Positions 38,204 to 47,687 of a stretch of DNA of 58,733 nucleotides are shown piece after piece. Numbering within the stretch: the first letter of the stretch is position 1; the number at the start of each line of letters is the position of its first letter. Under the pieces are notes generated by a model. The model had not been told where the DNA came from, made no database searches, and saw only the letters and a list, made by a program, of their open reading frames with translations. Source of the stretch: Pyrinomonadaceae bacterium (GTDB taxonomy: Bacteria > Acidobacteriota > Blastocatellia > Pyrinomonadales > Pyrinomonadaceae); contig DASUYO010000064.1 in NCBI GenBank assembly GCA_036377375.1, forward strand, positions 1-58,733, in the 5' to 3' direction. Both the position numbers and the translations under genes were made by a program.

Positions 38204-39463
38204 CTACTGTTTTACGGCCATGCCGTCGCTCAATTGTTCCACGTTACTTGTCGCGACCTGTTCATCCGCGGCAACACCGTTTTTGATTGCAATCAAATCG
38301 CCTTCTGTCTGACCTGTCTGCACGAGCCGCTGCTCGGCATGACCATTCTTAATCACAAACACACGACTCACGCCTGCGTCAGTCACGACAGCGCGCGCGG
38401 GAATGAGCACGGCCGGCTCCGGACGCTCCTGTAGAATTCGCACGGTCGCAAATTGTCCCGGCTTAAGTGCGTTATTGCTGTTCTCGATCTCAGCTTCAAC
38501 CGTCAACGTGCGCGACGTTGCCGAGACGTTCGGCGCGATACGCGCAACTCGCCCGGCAAAATTCTTGTCCGGCCACGAGCTCGTCGTGATCGAGACTGAC
38601 TGGCCCACTTTCACTTCCGGAATCGCCTGCTCAGGAATGTCGATACGGATGCGCAGTGGATTGGTCTTAACAATCGTCACAACCTTCTGCTGAGGCGAAA
38701 CATACTCGCCGAGATCCGCAGTCCGTTCATTCACAAACCCGTCAATCGGTGCAGGTATGACGGCGTAAGACAAATTCTTGCGCGCGAGTGCCAACTGCGC
38801 CTGCGCATTCGCGACGTTTGTGCGTGCCACGTCGACGGCGGCAAAGTTTTGTCGCGCCTGGGCCAACGCCACCTCGTACTGCTCTTTCAACTGATCGCGG
38901 CGAGAGCGTTGCTCATCGTAAAACTGACGCGACACGTCGCCCGATTCGATCAGTTTTTCAGCACGGCGCAAATTCTTTTCCGCCAGATCGAGTGTGACCT
39001 TCGCAGCGGCGACATCAGCAACGCGATTCGGATCGAAAGCCTGTCCAGGCTTCAAACCAATCTTCTCTTCCGCTTGCCTGACTGCGGCCTTTGCCTGCTC
39101 GACCTGCGCGGCAGCCTGGTCTACCCGCAGTTTCAACTCGGCGTCGTCGAGACGAACAAGCATCTGTCCACGCTTGACGTAACTGCCGATATCAACACCT
39201 ACCGCGACGACTTTGCCGGAAGTTTGCGGCGCAACGTCAGTTTGCTCGTCGCCGATGAGACTTCCTGTCGCTTCAAAGAAGCGCGGCAGATCACGTTTGA
39301 TCGCAGCTGCCGTGGTCACTTCAACGACAGCCGGTTGCGTGTTTGCGTTTGCGTCGTCTTTTCTGACGTTGGCTTTCGAACCGCCACACGACACAGCAAA
39401 AAATGCCGCGGCGACGAGCAGTAGAAGTAAAACTACAAACTTCAATTTTCCTTGAGATCGCAT
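38204..39463 (-). CDS. RND efflux periplasmic adaptor (membrane fusion protein), lipoprotein
   Basis: Lipobox FFAVSC, coiled-coil hairpin region and a beta-barrel C-terminus typical of the HlyD/AcrA family. Confidence 0.9.
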   Translation of the reverse strand: MRSQGKLKFVVLLLLLVAAAFFAVSCGGSKANVRKDDANANTQPAVVEVTTAAAIKRDLPRFFEATGSLIGDEQTDVAPQTSGKVVAVGVDIGSYVKRGQMLVRLDDAELKLRVDQAAAQVEQAKAAVRQAEEKIGLKPGQAFDPNRVADVAAAKVTLDLAEKNLRRAEKLIESGDVSRQFYDEQRSRRDQLKEQYEVALAQARQNFAAVDVARTNVANAQAQLALARKNLSYAVIPAPIDGFVNERTADLGEYVSPQQKVVTIVKTNPLRIRIDIPEQAIPEVKVGQSVSITTSSWPDKNFAGRVARIAPNVSATSRTLTVEAEIENSNNALKPGQFATVRILQERPEPAVLIPARAVVTDAGVSRVFVIKNGHAEQRLVQTGQTEGDLIAIKNGVAADEQVATSNVEQLSDGMAVKQ

Positions 39464-39470
39464 CTTGTCT

Positions 39471-40148
39471 TTAATTCTTCCTCGAGTCGTTTGCTTCCTT
39501 CTTTGCCGTGATGCCGTTCAAAAGAATGTCTGTGAACTGCTTTGCAGCACTCTCGTTGGAGAGGTTCAGCAAACGACGGTCTGGGTCCCAAAGATTGTTG
39601 TTGAGCGAGTGGTGCATCACCATGCCGATGAAGCAACGCACCACGATCGCCGGATCGATTTCGATAAAGGCTCCGTCAAGCTGCCGCTCGCGAATGTAGC
39701 CGCCGAGAAAGTCGTAAACCGAGCGCACGACCTGATCGAAAAACATCTGCGCGAGCTCGTGCTTTTCGAGTGCTGAATGGAGCAGCAGTCGCTGGAACTG
39801 TGGATCCTTTTCGTGATGATCGAGCGCGCCGAGTGCGAGTGACTCGAAGACGGCACGATCGTCTTTGCGCTTCATGGGATCAGCCGCAATATCAGCCGGC
39901 TCAAACCGGCCGGTGGCGCATGCTTTGTGATCGAGAATGGCGGTGTAGAGCTCTTCTTTGTTGGCGAAGTGCCGAAACACCATCGCTTCCGAGACGCCGG
40001 CCGCCTGCGCGATCTCTTTTGTCGTGGTACCGCGAAAGCCTTTTTGTGAAAAGAGACTCACGGCAACGGCAAGGATTTGGAGCCGTCGCTCTTCCCCAGC
40101 CATCCGGGCGCTCCCAACCGCGCCTTCAACTATCATCTGCTTGCTCAA
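39471..40148 (-). CDS. TetR/AcrR family transcriptional regulator
   Basis: N-terminal HTH LFSQKGFRGTTTKEIAQAAGVSEAMVFRHF. First gene of the efflux operon. The start is either a TTG at 40148 or an ATG at 40136. Confidence 0.9.
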   Translation of the reverse strand: MSKQMIVEGAVGSARMAGEERRLQILAVAVSLFSQKGFRGTTTKEIAQAAGVSEAMVFRHFANKEELYTAILDHKACATGRFEPADIAADPMKRKDDRAVFESLALGALDHHEKDPQFQRLLLHSALEKHELAQMFFDQVVRSVYDFLGGYIRERQLDGAFIEIDPAIVVRCFIGMVMHHSLNNNLWDPDRRLLNLSNESAAKQFTDILLNGITAKKEANDSRKN

Positions 40149-40177
40149 TGCTGTTATTTAACCCTCTCTACGTAGCA

Positions 40178-40193
40178 AAGTAAGTACTTACTT
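40178..40193. promoter_or_regulatory. perfect 16-bp palindrome, candidate TetR operator
   Basis: AAGTAAGTACTTACTT, 30-45 nt upstream of the tetR start. Confidence 0.45.
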
Positions 40194-40231
40194 ACCATCA
40201 GATGCCAAAGCTGTCAAGCGGGTTCTATTCA

Positions 40232-40276
40232 TGTGTTTTTTGTGCTTCTTTGCGGCCTGAGTTCTTCTTTGCGGCT
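40232..40276. repeat. family A repeat, T-rich orientation only
   Basis: tgtgttttttgtgcttctttgcggcctgagttcttctttgcggct. It lies in the tetR/DUF883 divergent region. Confidence 0.7.
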
Positions 40277-40436
40277 GGTTGTACGAATCCGATCCTTCCG
40301 CTGCCCGGTTGTATCCTTTCGCAACAAGATGTCACCAGAAATGCGATGATTTTCTGCGATACATGTCGGCACAAATGTTGCTGAATTTCGCCACTAGCCC
40401 ATTTCAAATTCGAATCTGAAAAGGAGTATTTCCGAA

Positions 40437-40805
40437 ATGCCAGAGAATGGAAGCATCAACGAAGGAACAACAGGAAGCACCGGCACACCCGGAACAGTAG
40501 GCACGACGGGCACGACCGGCACCACCGGATCAACTGGAACAACCGGAACTGGAACCGCAACTGCGCTATCGCAAACAGTTCATGACTACGGTCAGAAGAT
40601 TTCCGACGTGGCGAGTCAAGCCAAAGATTACGTAAGCGACAAGGTTTCTGTAGTCGGCGACAAGTTCAAAGAGCTACAGAATGCAGACCTCGGTGAGCTC
40701 GCAGAAAACGCAAAGGAATATGCGCGGCAGAAACCGGGACAGGCGCTACTGATCTCAGCAGGAGTAGGCTTGCTACTCGGTCTGATCATTCGGGGCCGGC
40801 GCTAG
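40437..40805 (+). CDS. DUF883 (YqjD/ElaB/YgaM-like) tail-anchored membrane protein with an N-terminal Gly-X-Y tract
   Basis: C-terminal QKPGQALLISAGVGLLLGLIIRGRR anchor typical of DUF883. Residues 10-39 are ten consecutive G-X-Y triplets. The SD is aaaggag. Confidence 0.78.
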   Translation: MPENGSINEGTTGSTGTPGTVGTTGTTGTTGSTGTTGTGTATALSQTVHDYGQKISDVASQAKDYVSDKVSVVGDKFKELQNADLGELAENAKEYARQKPGQALLISAGVGLLLGLIIRGRR

Positions 40806-40841
40806 CCGGCTGCGAACCAACCGAACAGGGGGTGAACCAAC

Positions 40842-41297
40842 ATGGCGGCAACTAAAACAGATCTGACCAGGACTGACCAGATGGCCACACGCACTGAGGC
40901 AGAAAGTCTTCCGACGCTCTTCAGTCGTCTCGGCGAAGACGTGATGGAGCTCTTCAACTCTCAGATGGCGTTATTCAAGGTGGAGATCAAGGAGGAGGCA
41001 AGCACCTACGCTCGTGGCGTCACCGCGATCGCGATTGGCGCTGTGATCGCAACGGTTGGATTTGCACTGCTGAATGTGGCGATCGCTTTCGCGGTCTCGA
41101 CTCTGTTCGCGCAGGCAAATTTCAGTCAACCTGCCAGTTACGCTTTGGGTTTCGTCGTAACCGGTGGCTTCTACGTGCTGGTGGGGGCGATAGTCGTGAT
41201 GCTGATGAAGAACCGACTTGCCAAACAGCAGCTGGTACCGCAGAGAACAGTTGCAGAACTGAGAAAGGATAAAGAATGGCTGAAGAACGAACTTTAG
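40842..41297 (+). CDS. phage-holin-family / DUF1469 (YqjE-like) membrane protein
   Basis: 151 aa with two TM helices after an amphipathic N-terminus. Position after the DUF883 gene matches E. coli yqjD-yqjE. Confidence 0.65.
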   Translation: MAATKTDLTRTDQMATRTEAESLPTLFSRLGEDVMELFNSQMALFKVEIKEEASTYARGVTAIAIGAVIATVGFALLNVAIAFAVSTLFAQANFSQPASYALGFVVTGGFYVLVGAIVVMLMKNRLAKQQLVPQRTVAELRKDKEWLKNEL

Positions 41298-41956
41298 GAC
41301 TGGCTCGCGCGCACGAACAAACCACTGAGGAGCCTTCCAAAGAGGAGCTTCAGCGTCGTTTGGGTGAAGCACGCGATTCGATTACAAATACCGTAACGGA
41401 GATAAAAGAAACCGTGGCAAACCAGGTTCAGGCAGTTAAAGACACTCTCGACTGGCGCGAGCAATTCAAGAGACGTCCGGTTGTGTGGAGCGCGGCCGCA
41501 TTAGGCGTGGGCTTCGCGACGGGTTATTGCATTGCGGCGTTCGCTAAAGGTGATAGCTCTGATAGCTCCGATTACTACTCGGAAATCGATCGGCACGGCG
41601 AACAGTCGACACGTTATTCTTCCGAAGGGTTAGTGAGCGGAGCTGCGTTGGCGGCGCCGGCAGGCGTACACACCAGGCAAGACAACGGCTCACACGACGA
41701 CGGACCAAACTTTTTCCAGAAGATCGCCAACACTCACGCCTTCGAGCGAGTTAAGGACGAGGCTGGAAATATTGGCGACTCTATAGTGCAGGAGCTTTCG
41801 AAGACAGCGAAGACGGTGGTGCTTCCGGCGTTGATGACTTCGCTGCGAAACTTTATCGGGGATTATTTACCGAACGCGGAAAAGCGCCCGCCCCAGACAC
41901 AAGCACAGCCGCAGGGAAGTTCATATCAACCTTCTCTGGAACGCAATCCGAGCTGA
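41276..41956 (+). CDS. hypothetical membrane protein (DUF3618/YqjK-like placement)
   Basis: 226 aa with an N-terminal helical region (ITNTVTEIKETVANQVQAVKDTLDW), then one TM helix (VVWSAAALGVGFATGYCIAAF). The start is uncertain because it overlaps the previous gene by 22 nt. Confidence 0.6.
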   Translation: MAEERTLGLARAHEQTTEEPSKEELQRRLGEARDSITNTVTEIKETVANQVQAVKDTLDWREQFKRRPVVWSAAALGVGFATGYCIAAFAKGDSSDSSDYYSEIDRHGEQSTRYSSEGLVSGAALAAPAGVHTRQDNGSHDDGPNFFQKIANTHAFERVKDEAGNIGDSIVQELSKTAKTVVLPALMTSLRNFIGDYLPNAEKRPPQTQAQPQGSSYQPSLERNPS

Positions 41957-41960
41957 AATC

Positions 41961-42022
41961 AGCCGCAGATGAACGCAGATGAACGCAGATCTTATCCGCG
42001 TTCATCTGCGTTCATCTGCGGC
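41961..42022. repeat. family C repeat as a perfect 25-bp-arm hairpin
   Basis: gccgcagatgaacgcagatgaacgc-agatcttatcc-gcgttcatctgcgttcatctgcggc. It has one more 10-nt unit per arm than the copy at 15675. Confidence 0.92.
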
Positions 42023-42064
42023 CCAAACTTTGCTTTTCTACCATCGCGGGATAGACTCTGCGCT

Positions 42065-43264
42065 ATGCCCAAGCTAGCAACTATTTTCCTCCTGCTCCTC
42101 GCATTCTTCGGTATAGCCCTGGCCCAGGATGACGACCGTCAGCGTGCCTTCCAGCTTTTCAAAGACGGCAAGTACACCGAGGCTTTGCCTCTCTTCGAAA
42201 AACTCGCTGTTGCGAACCCTCAGGATCGCGCTGTGATAGAGAATCTGGGATTCCTCGTGTTTTTTACGGAAAGCATTCACCTGAAAGATCCGGCCGAACG
42301 TAAGAAAGCGCGGAAACGCGGACGAGAACTTCTTGTACAAGCACAGAAACTCGGCCCTGATGATCCCGTATTGAACGGATTGATCGAAGGGATTCCTGTG
42401 GATGGTGGAGAGGACGGCAGTTTCTCACCTAAAAAGGAAGTAGATGAGGCAATGCAGGAAGGAGAGATTGCATTCACAAGCGGCAATTTTCCGAAAGCAA
42501 TCGAGATGTACCAGCACGCTCTACTGCTGGACCCGAATCTCTACGAAGCTGCTCTCTTCATTGGCGACGTCTACTTCAAAAGCGCGGACCAGACAAAAGC
42601 CGGAGAGTGGTTCGCGCGCGCGATTGAAATCAATCCCGATCGTGAAACTGCTTATCGTTACTGGGGCGACTCGCTCATAAAGCAAGGGCGCGTGAGCGAA
42701 GCGGGTGACAAGTTTGTTGAGGCATATATCGCTGAGCCCTACAGCCGTCTGGCGCGCGCGGGTTTCCTAAGCTGGGGCCAACGCGTAAATATCCAGCTCG
42801 GTCATCCGCGCGTTGAGCTTCCGGCAAATGTGGCGAAGAAAAGCGAAAAAGAGACAACGATAACTCTTGATCCAAAAATGATGGGAAAGGACGACAAGAG
42901 TGGTTCGTCAGCGGCATGGCTGACCTACAGTCTCGTGCGTGCGAGCTGGGTGAATACAGACGAATTTGCCAAACAGTATCCGAACGAGAAAACTTATCGC
43001 CACAGTTTGAAAGAGGAAGCCGCGGCGATGCGAGCGGCGTTGAAAGTTTTGGATGAAAAAAAGGGTGATGCAAACAGCGTCGACCCTTCACTTCAGGTGA
43101 TTAGGAAACTCGATAAAGAAGGACTGTTGGAAGCGTTCATTCTACTCGCGCTTCCCGATGAGGGTATCGCAAAAGATTTTCCAGCCTATCGCAAGACCAA
43201 CATCGAGAACCTGCGCCGGTATGTGAAGCAGTACGTGTTAACCGGCGGTGGCCAACAACAGTAA
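42065..43264 (+). CDS. secreted tetratricopeptide repeat protein
   Basis: Signal peptide MPKLATIFLLLLAFFGIALAQ from the ATG at 42065, with TPR-like helices (AIEMYQHALLLDPNLYEAALFIGDVYF). The track start at 41969 reads through the family C repeat. Confidence 0.8.
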   Translation: MPKLATIFLLLLAFFGIALAQDDDRQRAFQLFKDGKYTEALPLFEKLAVANPQDRAVIENLGFLVFFTESIHLKDPAERKKARKRGRELLVQAQKLGPDDPVLNGLIEGIPVDGGEDGSFSPKKEVDEAMQEGEIAFTSGNFPKAIEMYQHALLLDPNLYEAALFIGDVYFKSADQTKAGEWFARAIEINPDRETAYRYWGDSLIKQGRVSEAGDKFVEAYIAEPYSRLARAGFLSWGQRVNIQLGHPRVELPANVAKKSEKETTITLDPKMMGKDDKSGSSAAWLTYSLVRASWVNTDEFAKQYPNEKTYRHSLKEEAAAMRAALKVLDEKKGDANSVDPSLQVIRKLDKEGLLEAFILLALPDEGIAKDFPAYRKTNIENLRRYVKQYVLTGGGQQQ

Positions 43265-43311
43265 TCTGTGTAATCTGTGGATGGTTTTTTCCACAGATTA
43301 CACAGATTTTA
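43262..43311. repeat. family B repeat as an inverted pair between convergent genes
   Basis: taatctgtgtaatctgtgg-atggtttttt-ccacagattacacagatttta. It contains both stop codons. Confidence 0.92.
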
Positions 43312-45030
43312 TCTTGAGCCGGGTGCAGGCTTTCGCGGCAATTTCTGATCGCGCATCGCAGTTTGGTAAACAAACGCGGCCATGATCATCGCCGCCTGCT
43401 TCATGTCATCGCCTTGAATGCGATCGAACACATCTTGATTTGAGTGATGTGTGCGCGTGTCGTATTCAATCTCATCCTGAATAAACTGGAATCCAGGTAA
43501 GCCAATCGCATCGAACGACAGATGATCCGTGCCGCCAGTGTTCGAGATTGTCAGCGTGGTTGCGCCCATGTCTCTGAACGGAGCTAACCACTGGCGGAAC
43601 AGCGGGCGAATCGCTTCGTTGCCTTGCAGGTAAACACCGCGAATTTTGCCTGTGCCGTTGTCGAGATTGAAGTAGCCGCTTAGCTTTTCATACTCAGCTT
43701 TCGTGATAAGCGTTGGTCCAGCCGGAGTGGTTCCGTTTCCATTTCCGTTTCCGCCGCCCATCGCGTTCGTGTTTGCGCCGCCCGTTGCAGGTGCAGCGGA
43801 GGTCGCAGGATTCTGGAGTGTGCCGAAGTGCTCGGCGACATACGCGCGCGAACCGAGTAAGCCCTGCTCTTCACCGCTCCACAGTGCGATTCGAACAGTG
43901 CGGCGTGGCTTGAGTCCAAGCGCCTGAATGATGCGTACAGCTTCCATCGCCACAGCACAGCCGGCACCATTGTCGGTCGCGCCTGTGCCTGAGTGCCACG
44001 AGTCCATGTGGCCGCCGAGCATTACAATCTCGTCTTTGAGATCAGTGCCGGGAATTTCGGCAATCGTGTTGTAGCCCATGAGATCGGTGTCTTGCCATGC
44101 AACCGCCAGATCGACGTTCATCTTCACAGGCTCCCCTGCCTGCAACATGCGAACGATGCGGTTGTAATGCTCGACGGCGAGAACGAGTTGCGGCGTTACC
44201 TTTGGTGCGCTCTTGTCGTACGGCGGTGTGCCGCGAAAGTTTGTCGGCGTCGTATTCGGATCGCGCGGCGGCTGCGGCACGCCAGCGGATTGCACGAAGA
44301 GTGTGCCACCGTCGCCACGGCTCGGATCAACGAGCATTGCTGCATTTTCAGCCTGGAAGAAACGTAGCTTCGCCGCTGTGAATTCCTGCTGCGCGCGAAA
44401 TGTTGGATTGCCGAAGTTTCGATTACCGCCGCCCAGACGCGGTTCCGGTGCGTCTGCGAGTTCGAGCAATTCTTTTTCATTCAGTCGCGTGCCTTGAGGA
44501 TCAAAGTGTGCAGGGACTTCGCGCATCGGCGCTGTGAGCACGATCTTTCCGTTGAGCTTGCCTTTGAACTTTTCGAAGTCTGCTTCGGTCTTTGCGTCGA
44601 AGTAGACAACGTCAGCCGTCAGAGGACTCGACAGACCAGGCGACCATGCTTTCGGATAGGCGATCAGCGGGATCTCAGTGGGTTCCGTAACTTGAGCCGA
44701 GAAGCGCTTCAAAGTCCAACCACGACCAAATGGTCCCCACGATTCGAGGTGCGCGTTCTGAAGTCCCCACTTGGTCAGTTGATCGCGAGTCCACTCGTTC
44801 GCGCGTTTCATGCCGGGCGAAGCAGTCAGGCGTGGTCCAATGACGTCGCTCAAGTAGCTTAGCGTCTGCATGACCTGCGAGCGATTCATGCCTTCGTCCT
44901 TGATGCGCTGGATTGGATCGTTTGGATCCGGAGTGGGCGCCGGAGTTTGAGACTGCTGGGCAAACGGTGTGACCGGCAAAGCGACGAAGATCAGGAGCAG
45001 CACTACGGCTGTATAGCGCCGAAGAATCAT
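43309..45030 (-). CDS. secreted M28 family aminopeptidase with PA domain
   Basis: Signal peptide [25 protein letters not shown]. Metal-site motifs [22 protein letters not shown] and [14 protein letters not shown]. Confidence 0.88.
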   Translation of the reverse strand: MILRRYTAVVLLLIFVALPVTPFAQQSQTPAPTPDPNDPIQRIKDEGMNRSQVMQTLSYLSDVIGPRLTASPGMKRANEWTRDQLTKWGLQNAHLESWGPFGRGWTLKRFSAQVTEPTEIPLIAYPKAWSPGLSSPLTADVVYFDAKTEADFEKFKGKLNGKIVLTAPMREVPAHFDPQGTRLNEKELLELADAPEPRLGGGNRNFGNPTFRAQQEFTAAKLRFFQAENAAMLVDPSRGDGGTLFVQSAGVPQPPRDPNTTPTNFRGTPPYDKSAPKVTPQLVLAVEHYNRIVRMLQAGEPVKMNVDLAVAWQDTDLMGYNTIAEIPGTDLKDEIVMLGGHMDSWHSGTGATDNGAGCAVAMEAVRIIQALGLKPRRTVRIALWSGEEQGLLGSRAYVAEHFGTLQNPATSAAPATGGANTNAMGGGNGNGNGTTPAGPTLITKAEYEKLSGYFNLDNGTGKIRGVYLQGNEAIRPLFRQWLAPFRDMGATTLTISNTGGTDHLSFDAIGLPGFQFIQDEIEYDTRTHHSNQDVFDRIQGDDMKQAAMIMAAFVYQTAMRDQKLPRKPAPGSR

Positions 45031-45114
45031 GATGGGTCTCCTCGAGTTGTGAACTAAAGATAGGTTGGACGTCGCTAATGGTGCCACAAAAAGGCGAAGC
45101 AAGCCACCGAACTT

Positions 45115-45190
45115 AGCCACAAAAAGGCACAAAAATCACAAAAACGATTTCAGAATTTCTCTCTTGTGACTTTTGTGCTTTTTTGCGGCT
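45115..45190. repeat. family A repeat as an inverted pair downstream of topA
   Basis: agccacaaaaaggcacaaaaatcacaaaaa-cgatttcagaatttctct-cttgtgacttttgtgcttttttgcggct. An extra partial arm lies at 45080-45108. Confidence 0.9.
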
Positions 45191-47687
45191 AAGAAACCTT
45201 CTTCGCTTTTTCCGGCTTTTCGTGGCTGGGGCAGTCTTCGTTTGCACAGTAGCGGAAGGTGCCCTGTCTCTTTGTCGTCTTCTCTAAAAGAAACGGCGCA
45301 CTACACTGCGGACAAGTTTCCAGCACCGGCTTGTCCCAGTAGACGATGTTGCAGTTCGGATATTCCGAACACCCGTAAAACACCTTGCCGCGTTTCGACT
45401 TCTTGACCACGATCTCGCCCTTGCAACCCGGACGCGGACAGGAAACTCCCACTGTCTCCTGCTTGATGTACTTGCACTTCGGATAATTCGAACACGAGAT
45501 AAACTCGCCAAAGCGCCCGAACCGCTTCACCAATTGCGCTCCATCAACCGGACACTTCTCATCGAGCGGTACTGGCGGCGGAGCTGCGACTCCGGTCTTT
45601 CCGATCTTTCGGATATTGCGACACTCAGGATAACCAGTGCAGCCAAGGAATGGACCAAAGCGTCCACGCTTTAACTGCATCGGCTTACCACACAATTCGC
45701 AACTCTCCGGCTCGGCCGCTTCTTCGCCATTGGCCTGTAGCTCAGTACCATTCCCGGCGCCATCAGAACCAGCAGGCGGCTCAGCATCTCGCGTTGCCTC
45801 ACAGTTGAGACACTTGAGATATGGACCAAAGCGTCCCCACTTCTGGACCATGCCGGGAGTGTTGCACTTCAGGCAGACTTCCTCGGTCGGAACACTCTTC
45901 TCTTTAATGTCTTTGATGTGACGCTGAAACTGCTTGAGATCGCCTTCAAACTTGTCGTAGAACTCACGCAGCGCCTTGGTCCAACGGATCTTTCCTTCCT
46001 CGATCTCGTCTAGCTCTTCTTCCATTCGCGCGGTGTAGCTCTCGTTGAAAAGATCGTCGAACCCGCCGTCGATCAAAAGGTCGTTGACTGTCTTGCCGAG
46101 TGCGGTTGGATGAAAACGTCCCTGGAGCTTTTCGACGTACTCACGCTCCTGAATCGTCGACATGATCGCGGCATAAGTCGAAGGCCGGCCAATGCCCTTC
46201 TCTTCGAGCGCTTTCACCAGCGTCGCTTCCGTGTAACGCGGGGGCGGTTCCGTGAAGTGCTGCTCAGGCGTGATCGAATTCAGCTTCAGAGTCTCACCTT
46301 TTTCAACCAGCGGCAGGCTGCGCTCGGCCTCGTCGTCGTCTTCAGTCTTCTCGTCGCGGCCCTCCTGGTAGATCTTCAAAAAGCCGTCAAACTTCTGTAC
46401 CGAGCCAGTAGCGCGGAAGACGAATCTTCCTGCATGGATGTCGATGGTGGTTTGATCGAAGACTGCCGGCATCATCTGCGAAGCTACGAAACGTTGCCAG
46501 ATCAAGCGATAGAGTTTCAGCTCGTCAGGCTTGAGATACTTCGCGAGCGAGTCAGGTGTGCGTGAGACTTCCGTCGGCCGGATCGCTTCGTGAGCGTCCT
46601 GCGCGTCCTTCTTCGAACGGTAATACACCGCTTTCTCTGGAAGGTAGGCTCCCCCGTACTGTCCGTCGATGTAATCGCGAACCTCTCCGAGCGCCGCATT
46701 TGAAACGCGCGTGGAGTCAGTTCGCATGTACGTGATAAGACCAATCGAACCTTCCGGACCAAGCTCAACGCCTTCGTAGAGCTTCTGCGCCAACATCATC
46801 GTCTTCTTCACCGGAAAGCCCAGCTTGCGCGACGCTTCTTGTTGCAGCTTCGAAGTGATGAACGGCGGAACCGGATTGCGTTTGCGCTCCTTCGTCGTTA
46901 CATCGTTGACGATGAACGACTGTCGCTCAGCTTCAGCAACGATTTCATCAGCCTTTAATTGATCGTTGATGACGATCTCGTTCTTCTTCAGATCCTGATC
47001 GAAACCGCTGGTCTTAACAGTCTGATCATCGATCTTGAACAGACGCGAATCGAACGCCGGTGGAAGTTTCGAACTCAGATTAGCAGCGATGGTCCAATAC
47101 TCAGTTTTGACGAACTGCTCGATCTCGCGTTCGCGTTCAACGACCATTCGCAGCGCAACAGACTGCACGCGACCGGCACTCAAACGTCCGCCAATCGTCC
47201 GGCACAACAACGGCGATACTTTGTAACCGACCAAACGATCGAGCACTCGACGCGCCTGCTGCGCATCGACGAGCTTGTCATCGATCTGTCGCGGGTGTTC
47301 GAAAGCTTCATTGACCGCGCGCTTCGTGATCTCGTTGAACATCACGCGATACGCGGGCTTTGCAGGTCTCTTCGGAACAATCTCTTCCGCGAGATGCTGG
47401 CAGATTGCTTCGCCTTCGCGATCAGGGTCGGCAGCGAGATAGATTGCCTCGGCTTCTTTTGCAGCCTTCTTCAGGTCCGCAACGATCCTCTTGTTGTTTC
47501 GTTTTTTCGAATCAGGGATCAGCTCGTAAGTAGGCTCGAAATTGTGTTCGATATCTACACCGAGACCTTTCGAGGGCAGATCTTTGATGTGGCCTATCGA
47601 GGCCTTGACCAGATAGTCCTTTCCCAAATACTTGTTTATTGTTTTTGCCTTTGCAGGCGATTCAACGATTACCAGGTTTTTTGCCAT
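45189..47687 (-). CDS. topA: DNA topoisomerase I
   Basis: TOPRIM N-terminus LVIVESPAKAKTINKYLG, active-site region and four C-terminal Cys4 zinc ribbons. Confidence 0.96.
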   Translation of the reverse strand: MAKNLVIVESPAKAKTINKYLGKDYLVKASIGHIKDLPSKGLGVDIEHNFEPTYELIPDSKKRNNKRIVADLKKAAKEAEAIYLAADPDREGEAICQHLAEEIVPKRPAKPAYRVMFNEITKRAVNEAFEHPRQIDDKLVDAQQARRVLDRLVGYKVSPLLCRTIGGRLSAGRVQSVALRMVVEREREIEQFVKTEYWTIAANLSSKLPPAFDSRLFKIDDQTVKTSGFDQDLKKNEIVINDQLKADEIVAEAERQSFIVNDVTTKERKRNPVPPFITSKLQQEASRKLGFPVKKTMMLAQKLYEGVELGPEGSIGLITYMRTDSTRVSNAALGEVRDYIDGQYGGAYLPEKAVYYRSKKDAQDAHEAIRPTEVSRTPDSLAKYLKPDELKLYRLIWQRFVASQMMPAVFDQTTIDIHAGRFVFRATGSVQKFDGFLKIYQEGRDEKTEDDDEAERSLPLVEKGETLKLNSITPEQHFTEPPPRYTEATLVKALEEKGIGRPSTYAAIMSTIQEREYVEKLQGRFHPTALGKTVNDLLIDGGFDDLFNESYTARMEEELDEIEEGKIRWTKALREFYDKFEGDLKQFQRHIKDIKEKSVPTEEVCLKCNTPGMVQKWGRFGPYLKCLNCEATRDAEPPAGSDGAGNGTELQANGEEAAEPESCELCGKPMQLKRGRFGPFLGCTGYPECRNIRKIGKTGVAAPPPVPLDEKCPVDGAQLVKRFGRFGEFISCSNYPKCKYIKQETVGVSCPRPGCKGEIVVKKSKRGKVFYGCSEYPNCNIVYWDKPVLETCPQCSAPFLLEKTTKRQGTFRYCANEDCPSHEKPEKAKKVS

